Positions 29,471-39,063 of a stretch of 56,887 bases of DNA are shown here, piece by piece. The notes beneath the pieces are model-generated. The model was not told the origin of the DNA. It made no database searches and saw only the letters and a program-made list of their open reading frames with translations. Position numbers and translations under genes: made by a program. Location: the NCBI GenBank assembly GCA_947627755.1, contig CANQXD010000005.1, positions 1 to 56,887 of the forward strand, read 5' to 3'. The DNA comes from an uncultured Clostridia bacterium. GTDB taxonomy: Bacteria; Bacillota; Clostridia; TANB77; CAG-508. Numbering within the stretch: position 1 is the stretch's first letter; each line of letters begins with the position of its first letter.

Positions 29471-31403
29471 TAATGATTATTCTAACCCAGATCAATATCA
29501 AATTTTAAGAAAAAAGACCATTAAAGAACTAATTACTCCTTCTGGAATTGATGCAAGTAACATTGACCACTTAGAAATTATTTCAAATGTAACAAGATAT
29601 GCAAGAAGTTTCTTTGTATCTACTTTACCAAGAATGGCTACCTTTCCAGAGCTATTTCGTGATATGTACTTATTTGGAGATATCAATACCTCCATTTACA
29701 TTAACCCAATTGCAGAGTCAAGATCTCAAAATGAATTAAATAGGGTAATTAATGAATTAGAAACAGAAAGAATTGTAGCTGCTGATAGAGGAAACATCAA
29801 TAGAGAAAGTACTTTAGGGCAAAAAAGATATGAAGCGGAACAATTAAGAGACGAAATTGCAGCAGGGTATAATAAACTATTTGAAGCATCTATAGTATCT
29901 ACCTTATTTGCTTATAGCTTGCAAGACTTAAATCGTTATACAAAATTATTAGAAACAGAAATGTCAAAATCTTTAGTAGGAATAAAAAGTGCTTGGGGTA
30001 TTCAAGAAGAAGCATTCCAAAGTAATTTACCACTAATGCAAGATAAAATAAAAAAGGTACATACTTTTGATAGACGTTCTATGGCAACAGTATTTCCATT
30101 TACTACTTCAGAAGTAGGACATCCAACAGGAATTCCTTTAGGATTTAATAAACAAACAGGAGTACCAATTTTATTTGATAACTTCCATTCTTCGTTAACT
30201 AATTATAATATGGTTATCTTTGCAAAATCTGGTGCTGGTAAATCTGTAACAATGAAAACTCTAATTTCACGTTCTGCAGTATTAATGGGAATCCAAAGTT
30301 TAGCATTAGATGCTGAAGGCGAGTATTCTATTGTAGCAGAAAGTTTAGGAGGAATTAATATTGTTATTAGTCCAACCTCAAAAACAATTATTAATCTATT
30401 TGATATTGAATCTGAAATAGTACGAGACGAAATTACAGGAAAAACAAGAAGTGTTGTCAATGTAGAAAATAAAGTAGAAGATGTAACACAAGCCTTACTT
30501 ACTATGGCAAGAGGTAGTACAAGATCACAAGAAGTAAATGAACTTACCAAACAAATTATATCAGAGTCAGTAGCAGAAGAATATGCCGCTATTCATATTA
30601 CAAATGATCCTGCAAGTTTATATGAGGCAAATGATTCATTAACTGGAGACGTATTAGGAAAGAAAAAGAAACAAATGCCAACCATTGGATCATGGTATAA
30701 AAGAATTTTAAAGAAAGCACAAGAAAATACAAATAGCGATTATCAATTCCATTATAGTTATTTAATTAAAGTAATGAAACAATATATTCGTGAATATAAT
30801 GGGCAAATGGCTTATTTTGATGGACAATCTACCTTTGATTTAAACGAAGGAAGTTTATTTATAAACTTAGATATTTCTCAATTAGAAGAAAGATTTGCAA
30901 GACCACTTGCACAACAAATTTTACTTTCTTGGATTTGGGAAAAATACGTAAAGAAAAACAGTGAAGACAGAACCAAAGCTTCTAAAAAAAGAGTATTAGT
31001 AGATGAAGCATGGATGTTACTTCCATATCCAGAAGCGGTAGATTTCTTAAACACTATGGCACGTCGTGCAAGAAAAAGAAATGTGTCATTAGCTATTATT
31101 TCACAAAGATTCCAAGACTTTTATGAAAAACCAGAAGCACAAGCAGTACTTACCTCATCTGATACAAAATTATTTTTAGCACAAGATAAATCAGAAATAC
31201 AATATTTAAAAGAAGTATTTAAACTAAGTTCAGGAGAAGCAAGCTTTTTAGTTACTTGTTTCAAAGGAGAAGGACTTTTAAAAGTAGGATCAGATACTGC
31301 TATTATTCAGATAAGACCAACGGCAAAAGAATTTGAATTTGTAGAAACCAATCTTAACAAGTTGGTGCAAATGAACAAAAGCAAGAACAACAATCAATAC
31401 TAG
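29415..31403 (+). CDS. virB4: VirB4-family T4SS ATPase
   Basis: Walker A FAKSGAGKSV, Walker B RVLVDEAWML, SLAIISQRFQDF. N-terminal region ARSFFVSTLPRMATFPELF is typical of the PrgJ/TcpF/TraE class. Confidence 0.85.
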   Translation: MMAKHKTKQKELEKQKQLNNDYSNPDQYQILRKKTIKELITPSGIDASNIDHLEIISNVTRYARSFFVSTLPRMATFPELFRDMYLFGDINTSIYINPIAESRSQNELNRVINELETERIVAADRGNINRESTLGQKRYEAEQLRDEIAAGYNKLFEASIVSTLFAYSLQDLNRYTKLLETEMSKSLVGIKSAWGIQEEAFQSNLPLMQDKIKKVHTFDRRSMATVFPFTTSEVGHPTGIPLGFNKQTGVPILFDNFHSSLTNYNMVIFAKSGAGKSVTMKTLISRSAVLMGIQSLALDAEGEYSIVAESLGGINIVISPTSKTIINLFDIESEIVRDEITGKTRSVVNVENKVEDVTQALLTMARGSTRSQEVNELTKQIISESVAEEYAAIHITNDPASLYEANDSLTGDVLGKKKKQMPTIGSWYKRILKKAQENTNSDYQFHYSYLIKVMKQYIREYNGQMAYFDGQSTFDLNEGSLFINLDISQLEERFARPLAQQILLSWIWEKYVKKNSEDRTKASKKRVLVDEAWMLLPYPEAVDFLNTMARRARKRNVSLAIISQRFQDFYEKPEAQAVLTSSDTKLFLAQDKSEIQYLKEVFKLSSGEASFLVTCFKGEGLLKVGSDTAIIQIRPTAKEFEFVETNLNKLVQMNKSKNNNQY

Positions 31404-31418
31404 GAGGAAAGAAATAGT

Positions 31419-33974
31419 ATGAAAATATTACAGAAAAAAAGCATACTACAAAAGACAATTTTAGTAATATTAACAGTATTATTAATGAATTTCATAGTAC
31501 CAACTTATTCTCATGCAGATGTGGGAGGAATATTATTAGACCCAATTTTAGATTTTTTTCTATCTATTGGAGATGGAGTTATTAATGTATTACAAAGATG
31601 TATGACAAAAGATTGGGGAGCAAGTGTAAGATTCAGTATAAATGCATTTCAAGTATTAGATGAAGATTTTTTTCAAGACGGACAATATGAAGATTATAAA
31701 ACAGATGAAGAAGGTGAAAGAATACACGAAAATGAACTTGTTAGAGGTTGGTTAACATTTGGAAATAATTATACTATCCCGTTAGCTACATATAGTCCAG
31801 AACAAATTTTTACTAATAATGTAGCAGGTTTAGATATTAACTTTATTAGCCCTAACCACTATGAAAAAAGAGATGGTACAGAAGTACAAAGTTCAGCTTC
31901 GCAATTACAGCCAGCAATTGCAAGATGGTATGTAGCACTTAGAAATTTAGCAATAGTAGGGTTATTATCTGTACTTGTTTATGTAGGGATTCGTATCTTA
32001 ATTTCTAGTACAGTAGCAGATAAAGCAAAATATAAGCAAATGTTTACCGATTGGCTAATTGCCCTTTGCTTACTATTTTTCTTGCACTATATTATGTCAT
32101 TTATACTTACTTTAACAGAGTCTATTACTCAAGCAATAGCAGGAAATGGAAATGATAGCGTTGTTATTACAGTATTAAAAGATGATACAGAAGAAGTAAG
32201 AGGAAATATAAAAACTAATTTATTAGGTGCTGCTAGATTTAAAGCACAATATGAAGATTTTGGAGATAAAATAGCATATTTTATTTATTATTTAGCATTA
32301 GTTATTTATACACTTATATTTACATGGACTTATCTAAAGAGGATGCTAATGATGGCATTTTTAACTATAATTGCACCACTTGTAGCATTAACGTATCCAA
32401 TAGATAAAATTGGAGATGGAAGTGCACAAGCATTTAATACATGGCTTAAAGAATATATATTTAATGCTCTACTTCAGCCATTCCACTTGATTATTTATAT
32501 TGTATTTGTAGGTACAGCAATGGATTTAGCAAAAACTAATATTCTTTATGGAATAGCAGCAATGGGCTTCATTTTACCAGCAGAGAAGATATTAAGAAAT
32601 ATCTTTGGATTTAACAAAGCTGGAGCAGGAACAGTAGGAGCTTTAACTGGATTTACAGCTGGAACGTTATTAAATAAACTAGGAAAAGGAAAAGGTGGTG
32701 CAAAATCTGGAGGAGGAAAAGAAGGTTCAGAACAAGAGAAACCACCAAGATTTGAGGGAAAACATGATGTTAGTCAAATTGAAGCACCAGAAGGACAAAA
32801 TGAAGAAAAAGAAAATCAACAAGAACAAGAGGAATCAAATATTCATGACAGAGCAGCAGAAATGTTATCACAAGATGAACAGGCAGAAAAAGATGAACTA
32901 GAAAATTACTTTAATGATACAACAAATGAAGATGCTTATATGAACCCTGAAGAATATCAGAGAAAACTAGACAGAATGCAAGAATTAGAAAATAAAGAAA
33001 AAATTCAACAAGCACAACAAGCACAACAAGAGCAACAAGAGCAACAAGCACAACAAGCACAACAAGAGCAACAAGCACAACAAGCACAACAAGAGCAACA
33101 AGCACAACAAGAGCAACAAGCACAACAAGCACAACAAGAAAATGACAAAACTCATCGTTTGAGAAACTTAGCAAGATACCATCTACCTAGAGCAGGAAAA
33201 GGAGCATTAAGAGCAATAGGTGGTGTTGCAAAATTTGGTACAAGAACAGCCTTCAAAGCAGGAGTTGGAACATTAGCAGCAGCAGTTGCAGCAGCTAGTG
33301 GTGGAGGTCTTGCAGGAGCATCTGCAGCATTTATGACAGGAGCAAATGTTGGAGGTAGATTAGGAGATGCGGTAACTAGAATTCCAGGTGCTGTATCAAG
33401 AGCGCCATCAGCTATTAAATCAGTTATTGGTAGAGAAATAGATATAGCAAATGGAAATACAGAACATCAAGATGCAGAGAGAATAAGAGCGTTTAAACAA
33501 GATAAAAACAACGTTCAATACGTAAAAGATATGATAACAGAACAAAATGGTGGCGTTATTCCAAGCTCAAAAGAAGTTAAACAAAAAATGGATTCATTTG
33601 ATCCATACATAAAAGAAGGAATAACTGATATTAAAACTATGTTAAAAGCACAAAAATCAGAAATATATACAGGTAGTGCAAAACAATCAGCTATTATTTC
33701 AATGATAGGAAAAGAAAAGGGAATTACAGCTGATGTACTAAATGATAATAAAAAAGCAATGGCACAAGAAGCAAACTTGAGACAAGAATTTATGAACAAA
33801 GGTTATTCACAAGCAGATGCTACAAAACAAGCAAACTATACTATCAATGTATTAAAAGCACAGAATGGTGTAGCACATAATTTAGAAAAAGTAGAAACTG
33901 CATCAGCAGGTGCAAAACCAAAAGAGGTAAAACCACCACAAGAAAAACCACCAAGACAAATAAGGACAAAATAA
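31419..33974 (+). CDS. VirB6/TrbL-like polytopic membrane protein with a long low-complexity C-terminal extension
   Basis: Signal/TM plus at least 5 TM helices (RWYVALRNLAIVGLL.., FTDWLIALCLLFF.., MMAFLTIIAPLVALTYPIDK.., LQPFHLIIYIVFVG). The C-terminus has a QQA/QQE repeat and an Ala/Gly-rich tract. Confidence 0.6.
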   Translation: MKILQKKSILQKTILVILTVLLMNFIVPTYSHADVGGILLDPILDFFLSIGDGVINVLQRCMTKDWGASVRFSINAFQVLDEDFFQDGQYEDYKTDEEGERIHENELVRGWLTFGNNYTIPLATYSPEQIFTNNVAGLDINFISPNHYEKRDGTEVQSSASQLQPAIARWYVALRNLAIVGLLSVLVYVGIRILISSTVADKAKYKQMFTDWLIALCLLFFLHYIMSFILTLTESITQAIAGNGNDSVVITVLKDDTEEVRGNIKTNLLGAARFKAQYEDFGDKIAYFIYYLALVIYTLIFTWTYLKRMLMMAFLTIIAPLVALTYPIDKIGDGSAQAFNTWLKEYIFNALLQPFHLIIYIVFVGTAMDLAKTNILYGIAAMGFILPAEKILRNIFGFNKAGAGTVGALTGFTAGTLLNKLGKGKGGAKSGGGKEGSEQEKPPRFEGKHDVSQIEAPEGQNEEKENQQEQEESNIHDRAAEMLSQDEQAEKDELENYFNDTTNEDAYMNPEEYQRKLDRMQELENKEKIQQAQQAQQEQQEQQAQQAQQEQQAQQAQQEQQAQQEQQAQQAQQENDKTHRLRNLARYHLPRAGKGALRAIGGVAKFGTRTAFKAGVGTLAAAVAAASGGGLAGASAAFMTGANVGGRLGDAVTRIPGAVSRAPSAIKSVIGREIDIANGNTEHQDAERIRAFKQDKNNVQYVKDMITEQNGGVIPSSKEVKQKMDSFDPYIKEGITDIKTMLKAQKSEIYTGSAKQSAIISMIGKEKGITADVLNDNKKAMAQEANLRQEFMNKGYSQADATKQANYTINVLKAQNGVAHNLEKVETASAGAKPKEVKPPQEKPPRQIRTK
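33006..33138 (+). repeat. 9-nt coding microsatellite (caacaagca/caacaagag), about 15 units
   Basis: Encodes QQAQQAQQEQQEQQAQQAQQEQQ... The antisense ORF 32911-33174 is an artefact of this repeat. Confidence 0.9.
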
Positions 33975-34060
33975 ATAATCAAAAAAAGATGGCGAAAGGA
34001 AAAAAAGTCAAGGTTAAAATAAACAAAAGAATACAAAAAGAGTAAGGAGGCTAATGAAAT

Positions 34061-34993
34061 ATGAATAAAATAATAAGATATTGGAATGAAAATAGAGGAA
34101 AAATTATTTTAGTCATAATCATAATAGCCTCTCTTGTTCTTATTATTCAATTGCTAAATTATTTTGCAAAAACACAAATAACAAAAGAAAGTAAAAAAAA
34201 TACAATAAAAGAAGATTTATCACAACTACCAACGCAGTCTATCATAACAGGAGAAAGTGTAGATAAAGAGACTACAAAAGAAAATATGGGATTAGTTGAA
34301 CAATTTATAAAGTTTTGCAATGAAAGCAATACAACAGAAGCATATAATATGTTAACAGAAGAATGTAAAAAAGCATTGTTTACCACAGAAGAAGAATTTA
34401 TACAAAATTATTACAATTTAATTTTTACAGAAAAAAAACTATATGGAATTAACAATTTCCGCAATAATTCTCACTATTACACTTATGAAGTAAAATTCTA
34501 TCAAGATGCATTATCAACGGGAAAAATCGAAGATAATGATGTCTATCAAGATTATATTACTATTGACGAAAAACAAAATAAAATTAGTATTAATAGCTTT
34601 ATTTACCAACAAGAAATCAATAAAACAATAGAAGAAAATAATATTCAAATAACTGTCCTATCAAAAGAAGTATATAAAGATTATGAACAATACCATATCG
34701 TTGTAAAAAATAATACAGAAAAGAATATTTTATTAGATTCAAGAGAATCATCAAAAAATGTCTATGCAATAGGAAGTGATTACGGTAAATATCAATCCTA
34801 TATTTATGAAATAGCAGGAAAATTACTAGAAATAGGAGTAGGAAATTCTAGAACATATAAACTAAAAATAAATAAAATATATAATCCATCCGTTACAATA
34901 AAATCAATTTGTTTTTCCGATATTGTAATGGATCAAGAAGCTTATGAAAAAAAAGAAGAAACAGAAAGAATAAGTATTTCAATTAACATATAA
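34061..34993 (+). CDS. TM-anchored T4SS-associated protein (VirB8/TcpC-like candidate)
   Basis: N-terminal TM. Module EQFIKFCNESNTTEAYNMLTEECKKALF..EEFIQNYY is similar to modules in 37644-38927. Confidence 0.4.
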   Translation: MNKIIRYWNENRGKIILVIIIIASLVLIIQLLNYFAKTQITKESKKNTIKEDLSQLPTQSIITGESVDKETTKENMGLVEQFIKFCNESNTTEAYNMLTEECKKALFTTEEEFIQNYYNLIFTEKKLYGINNFRNNSHYYTYEVKFYQDALSTGKIEDNDVYQDYITIDEKQNKISINSFIYQQEINKTIEENNIQITVLSKEVYKDYEQYHIVVKNNTEKNILLDSRESSKNVYAIGSDYGKYQSYIYEIAGKLLEIGVGNSRTYKLKINKIYNPSVTIKSICFSDIVMDQEAYEKKEETERISISINI

Positions 34994-35008
34994 ACTTAGG
35001 TGGTGAAT

Positions 35009-37630
35009 ATGGATAAGCAAGAATTAGAAGAAACACAAAAAGCAATAAATGATGCAAATAAATTAGCCAAAGATTCAGCCTCTGGAAATGTTCTAGGGGC
35101 TGCTAAAGATGTGGTAAATCTTCTAAAAAATGATAAATTAAAAAAGCGATTAATGAAGCAAATAAAATTAATTTTAATTAAGATTACATTAACGCTTATT
35201 ATTATCGTTACCATTGCAGGTGCTTTATTTGGAATTTTTCACGCTGTTACAGAAAAAATGTCAGACTTATTTTCTGAAATTGGAGATTTTGCTACCAGTC
35301 TATGGAAATGGGTTATGAACGATTATTGGATTGACATTGATGAGAAAATTGTTGTGACAGCAGCAGATGGAACACAAAAAGAGCAAACATTAGTAGATCA
35401 TTATATGGAGCAACTAGAACTTTTAGGAATTTCTTTGAAAGATTTAAGATTATTAGGAGATGCAGATTATAGTGATCCAAATATATTAGAAGATCCAGAA
35501 AATAAAAAGCTAGTACAAAAATATTTATCAGAATTTGTAAGAGCAGATATTATGACACAAGAAATTAATAGATGTGGTGTTAGTAAATTAGTAAATATAA
35601 ATGATGATAGTAAAGTAGATGGAGGCGTTTATTTATATCGTACTGAAAATGAAATAACAGAAGAAGGAGTTGTACGTGTAGATGATGCTACTACTTTTCA
35701 AATGGAATTTACGGAATATGATGACTTTATGGCATATTCAAATGCAAATCCTATCGATTATGATAAAGCAAAAAGAATGTTTACCGTCGATATGGAAACA
35801 AAAGAAATTCTATTTTATAAAGTAGATCAAGTAACAGATTATTATGGAGGAGATAGTTCTTCACAAAGTGTAACTCCTCCAAATCCAACTACTGTATTAA
35901 CTTTACAGAGACAAAACTATCGTAGCTTAATTGAAAAATATGCTATGCCTTTTGAATTCTTAGTAAATTTATGTATGATTACGCAAAACCCAGAATTTGT
36001 ATATCATGTTGCTTATCTAGCAAGACAAACAAGAATTGAACTTGTTATTTTAGATTCTTTACAAGAGATAGAAGAAATTGAAGAAGTAAGAGGAGATGAT
36101 ACTCTAACTTTAGGAAGTAATACACTTTATCAAGCAAACGATTTATTATTAGAACGATATTATTATAAATCTCTTACAGATACACCAATTTTAACAGTAG
36201 GAACAGTTAATACATGGTCTTATGCAGAGGCACACAAATATACAAATAAAATTATCAAAAATACAGAGGTAGGGGCACCAGTTCCATTACCAGATAGACA
36301 TTATACACAAACAGTAGATGTATCACAATATTATGGAACTGGAGCGACGGCAGAGGCAGAAGGTACAATATCCAATATTAAAAAAACGAAGACAACTACA
36401 ATCTCATCCAATGAATATGGACATGCTATTGCATTAAATGAAACAAAAAAGTCAAAACAATTTTTAGGATTACTTAGAAATAGTACAGGAACTTGTTGCG
36501 ACGAAAATGATGTAGAAAATTGTGTAAAGCAAGCTGTTTTTGATAGAAATGGAATCAATGTATCCTATAAAATACCAAATACAACAAAAAAAGAAATGCC
36601 AATAAACAAATTACAAAGTGGAGAAGAAATGTTATATTCTCTTTTACAACTAAGTGGAAGAAATGAACAAAGTATTAATACATATAATGCAAAAATGCAA
36701 GGACTAAAAGAATATATGCAATACATTATGACTTTTCCAGAAAATGAATGGATTGATTTAAACAATAGTGACATTAGAGATTTACTAAAAAGTGATATAT
36801 ATGATAATGTCACTTATGGTATGTTTTGGTGGCCATTAGATCCAAACGCAGAAGTGCGAATTAGTTCTTTCTTTGGACCACGTAGAGCGCCAATAGAAGG
36901 AGCATCTACAAATCATGGAGCAATTGATATTGCAGTTGCAACAGGAACTGATGTACTTGCATCTGCAGATGGAGTTGTAGAATATGTTGGAAATGATCCA
37001 GATGGTTATGGAAATTATATTACCATAGACCATCAAAACGGATATAAAACTAGATATGCACATAACTCTCAAATATTAGTTCATAAGGGAGATACTGTAA
37101 CAAAAGGGCAAGTGATTGCAAAATCTGGTTCTACAGGAAATTCAACAGGACCGCATTTACACTTCGAAATTCATCTAAATGGAACAAAAGTAGACCCACT
37201 TGATTATGTAAGTATCAGTAACAAGCAACCAATAGCAGAAACTTACGACATAGGTAATACAACACAATTAGATGTTATATATGCAGTAGTAGCACAAGAG
37301 TGTGCATCAAGTTATGAAGGAGCTTTAGCCGTTATTACATGTGTATTAAATCGTTGCGAATCTCCAGCATGGCAAAGTTATGGAGGCAATGATCCATATA
37401 AGCAAATTACTCATTCTGGTCAATTTGCATATTCTGAGTCAGTAGATCCATCCCAACATTATAAGCAATACTTAGGAGGAAAAGTGCCAGACTATGTTAA
37501 ACAGGCAGTAGATGATGCAATAAATAAAGGAATTCGAAATCACGCATATACTAGATTTAGAACAGCAAGTGATGAAATTAAGAAAAAATATCCAAATGGT
37601 CAAAATATAGGTGGAAACTGGTATTTCTAA
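35009..37630 (+). CDS. T4SS-associated bifunctional peptidoglycan hydrolase (M23 peptidase + SleB-like domain)
   Basis: TM near the N-terminus. M23 motifs HGAIDIA..GNYITIDH..TGPHLHFEI. C-terminal IYAVVAQECASSYEGALAVITCVLNR resembles the SleB/Hydrolase_2 family. ATG at 35009 follows aggtggtg. Confidence 0.8.
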   Translation: MDKQELEETQKAINDANKLAKDSASGNVLGAAKDVVNLLKNDKLKKRLMKQIKLILIKITLTLIIIVTIAGALFGIFHAVTEKMSDLFSEIGDFATSLWKWVMNDYWIDIDEKIVVTAADGTQKEQTLVDHYMEQLELLGISLKDLRLLGDADYSDPNILEDPENKKLVQKYLSEFVRADIMTQEINRCGVSKLVNINDDSKVDGGVYLYRTENEITEEGVVRVDDATTFQMEFTEYDDFMAYSNANPIDYDKAKRMFTVDMETKEILFYKVDQVTDYYGGDSSSQSVTPPNPTTVLTLQRQNYRSLIEKYAMPFEFLVNLCMITQNPEFVYHVAYLARQTRIELVILDSLQEIEEIEEVRGDDTLTLGSNTLYQANDLLLERYYYKSLTDTPILTVGTVNTWSYAEAHKYTNKIIKNTEVGAPVPLPDRHYTQTVDVSQYYGTGATAEAEGTISNIKKTKTTTISSNEYGHAIALNETKKSKQFLGLLRNSTGTCCDENDVENCVKQAVFDRNGINVSYKIPNTTKKEMPINKLQSGEEMLYSLLQLSGRNEQSINTYNAKMQGLKEYMQYIMTFPENEWIDLNNSDIRDLLKSDIYDNVTYGMFWWPLDPNAEVRISSFFGPRRAPIEGASTNHGAIDIAVATGTDVLASADGVVEYVGNDPDGYGNYITIDHQNGYKTRYAHNSQILVHKGDTVTKGQVIAKSGSTGNSTGPHLHFEIHLNGTKVDPLDYVSISNKQPIAETYDIGNTTQLDVIYAVVAQECASSYEGALAVITCVLNRCESPAWQSYGGNDPYKQITHSGQFAYSESVDPSQHYKQYLGGKVPDYVKQAVDDAINKGIRNHAYTRFRTASDEIKKKYPNGQNIGGNWYF

Positions 37631-37643
37631 AAGGAGGAAAAAA

Positions 37644-38927
37644 GTGAATTTAAAAAAATGGATATTTGCTATCATTAGTATTATTATTCTTTTAATTATA
37701 ACATTGGTAATTTTATTAACTCTCCCAAAAAGAGGACAAACGCAAGAACAAGATGAAGGAAGACAAGATGGAGCAAAAGAAATAGTAATAGAATATGAGA
37801 GTTTAGTAAAGGTAAAAGATAGAAATACTTTCTTTACAGTAGCATCTTGTATAGATAAATATTTAATTGAAGTAGTAAGTCAGGATGCACAAAACATTTA
37901 TGATTTGTTATCTACAGATTATATCGTTCATAATGAAATTACAGTAGATAATGTACTTAGTAAGATAGAAAGTTATGAAATTCCACAAATTTTTTCTGCT
38001 AAAGTAATGTATGAACTTAATTATACAGATAGCTTATCTACTTATTATGTAGAAGGAACTATTCGAGATGATATTTTTTCAGAGCAAGAAGCAAAAGAAA
38101 AAGTAATACAGCTAGCAGTGCAATTAGATAAGGTCAATCGAACCTATACTATTCTTCCAAATGAAAAAGTACCATCTTCTGATGCAATACCAAAAATAAC
38201 CACAAGTAGTATAGAGCCAAAAGGTCAAAATACTTACTATAGTGTTAATATGTTAGATACACAAATGGCAAATATGTATTTAAAAGAATTTGCAAAGTTA
38301 TTAAAAACAGATATAAGAGAAGCTTACAATAAACTACAAGAAGAATATAAACAAAAAAGATTTCCAACGCAAAGCTCTTTAGAACAGTATGTAAAGCTCA
38401 AAAAAGATTATGTATTAGAGCCACAGGCAAAATCAGTTAGTGTTTCTAATACAGACCAAGAAACTATATACACAATTAGAGATTACTATGGAAACCGTTA
38501 TATTATAAAAGAAAAAGCCGTATTGGACTATACTATAGAATTAGATGACTATACAATAGAAAATACTGATTTTATAGAGGCTTATCAACAAGCAAATAAT
38601 AGAGATAAAGGGCTATTAAACTTAGATAGATTTTTTGAAATGTTAAATATGCAAGACTTTGAAAGTGCGTATAATTTATTAGATAGTAACTTTAAACAAA
38701 ATCAATTTAAAACTTTGGAAACATTTGAAAACTATATTAAAACAAACCTATTTACACAAAATAATGTTAGTTATACAGAATACAACAGTCAAATTCAAGG
38801 ACTTCATACCTATAAAGCAATTGTAACTGACGCAACAGAGCAAAATGAAAAACAAGTTACATTAAGTTTAGTAGTCAAATTACTAGAAGGAACAGATTTT
38901 GTAATGTCATTTTCTATTATTAATTAA
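37644..38927 (+). CDS. TM-anchored protein with three repeated modules of about 110 aa (VirB8/TcpC-like candidate)
   Basis: GTG at 37644 lies 7 nt after aaggagg. Modules begin CIDKYLIEVVSQDAQNIYDLL, MYLKEFAKLLKTDIREAYNKL and DRFFEMLNMQDFESAYNLL. Confidence 0.45.
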   Translation: MNLKKWIFAIISIIILLIITLVILLTLPKRGQTQEQDEGRQDGAKEIVIEYESLVKVKDRNTFFTVASCIDKYLIEVVSQDAQNIYDLLSTDYIVHNEITVDNVLSKIESYEIPQIFSAKVMYELNYTDSLSTYYVEGTIRDDIFSEQEAKEKVIQLAVQLDKVNRTYTILPNEKVPSSDAIPKITTSSIEPKGQNTYYSVNMLDTQMANMYLKEFAKLLKTDIREAYNKLQEEYKQKRFPTQSSLEQYVKLKKDYVLEPQAKSVSVSNTDQETIYTIRDYYGNRYIIKEKAVLDYTIELDDYTIENTDFIEAYQQANNRDKGLLNLDRFFEMLNMQDFESAYNLLDSNFKQNQFKTLETFENYIKTNLFTQNNVSYTEYNSQIQGLHTYKAIVTDATEQNEKQVTLSLVVKLLEGTDFVMSFSIIN

Positions 38928-38937
38928 ATTTTAGTAA

Positions 38938-39035
38938 TTTTAGGGACGTTTTAAAATTTTAAAAACAATCAAAACTTTAGAAGCGGAGTTAAAATTTTCA
39001 AATTGTGAAAAATTTAGAGACGGGGCAAAAAGTAT
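38938..39035 (+). repeat. Three degenerate 37-38 bp tandem units of the TTTAG(G/A)(G/A)(A/G)CG family
   Basis: Units start at 38938 (tttagggacgtttt..), 38976 (tttagaagcggagttaaaattttcaaattgt..) and 39013 (tttagagacggggcaa..). Confidence 0.75.
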
Positions 39036-39063
39036 AATAAAATGAAAAAAAGGCGGTTAAGTC

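Noticed and set aside
32911-33174. Minus-strand ORF encoding VLVAL repeats
   Set aside because: It is an antisense reading of the QQA/QQE microsatellite inside the VirB6-like gene. It has no RBS and is a pure repeat artefact.
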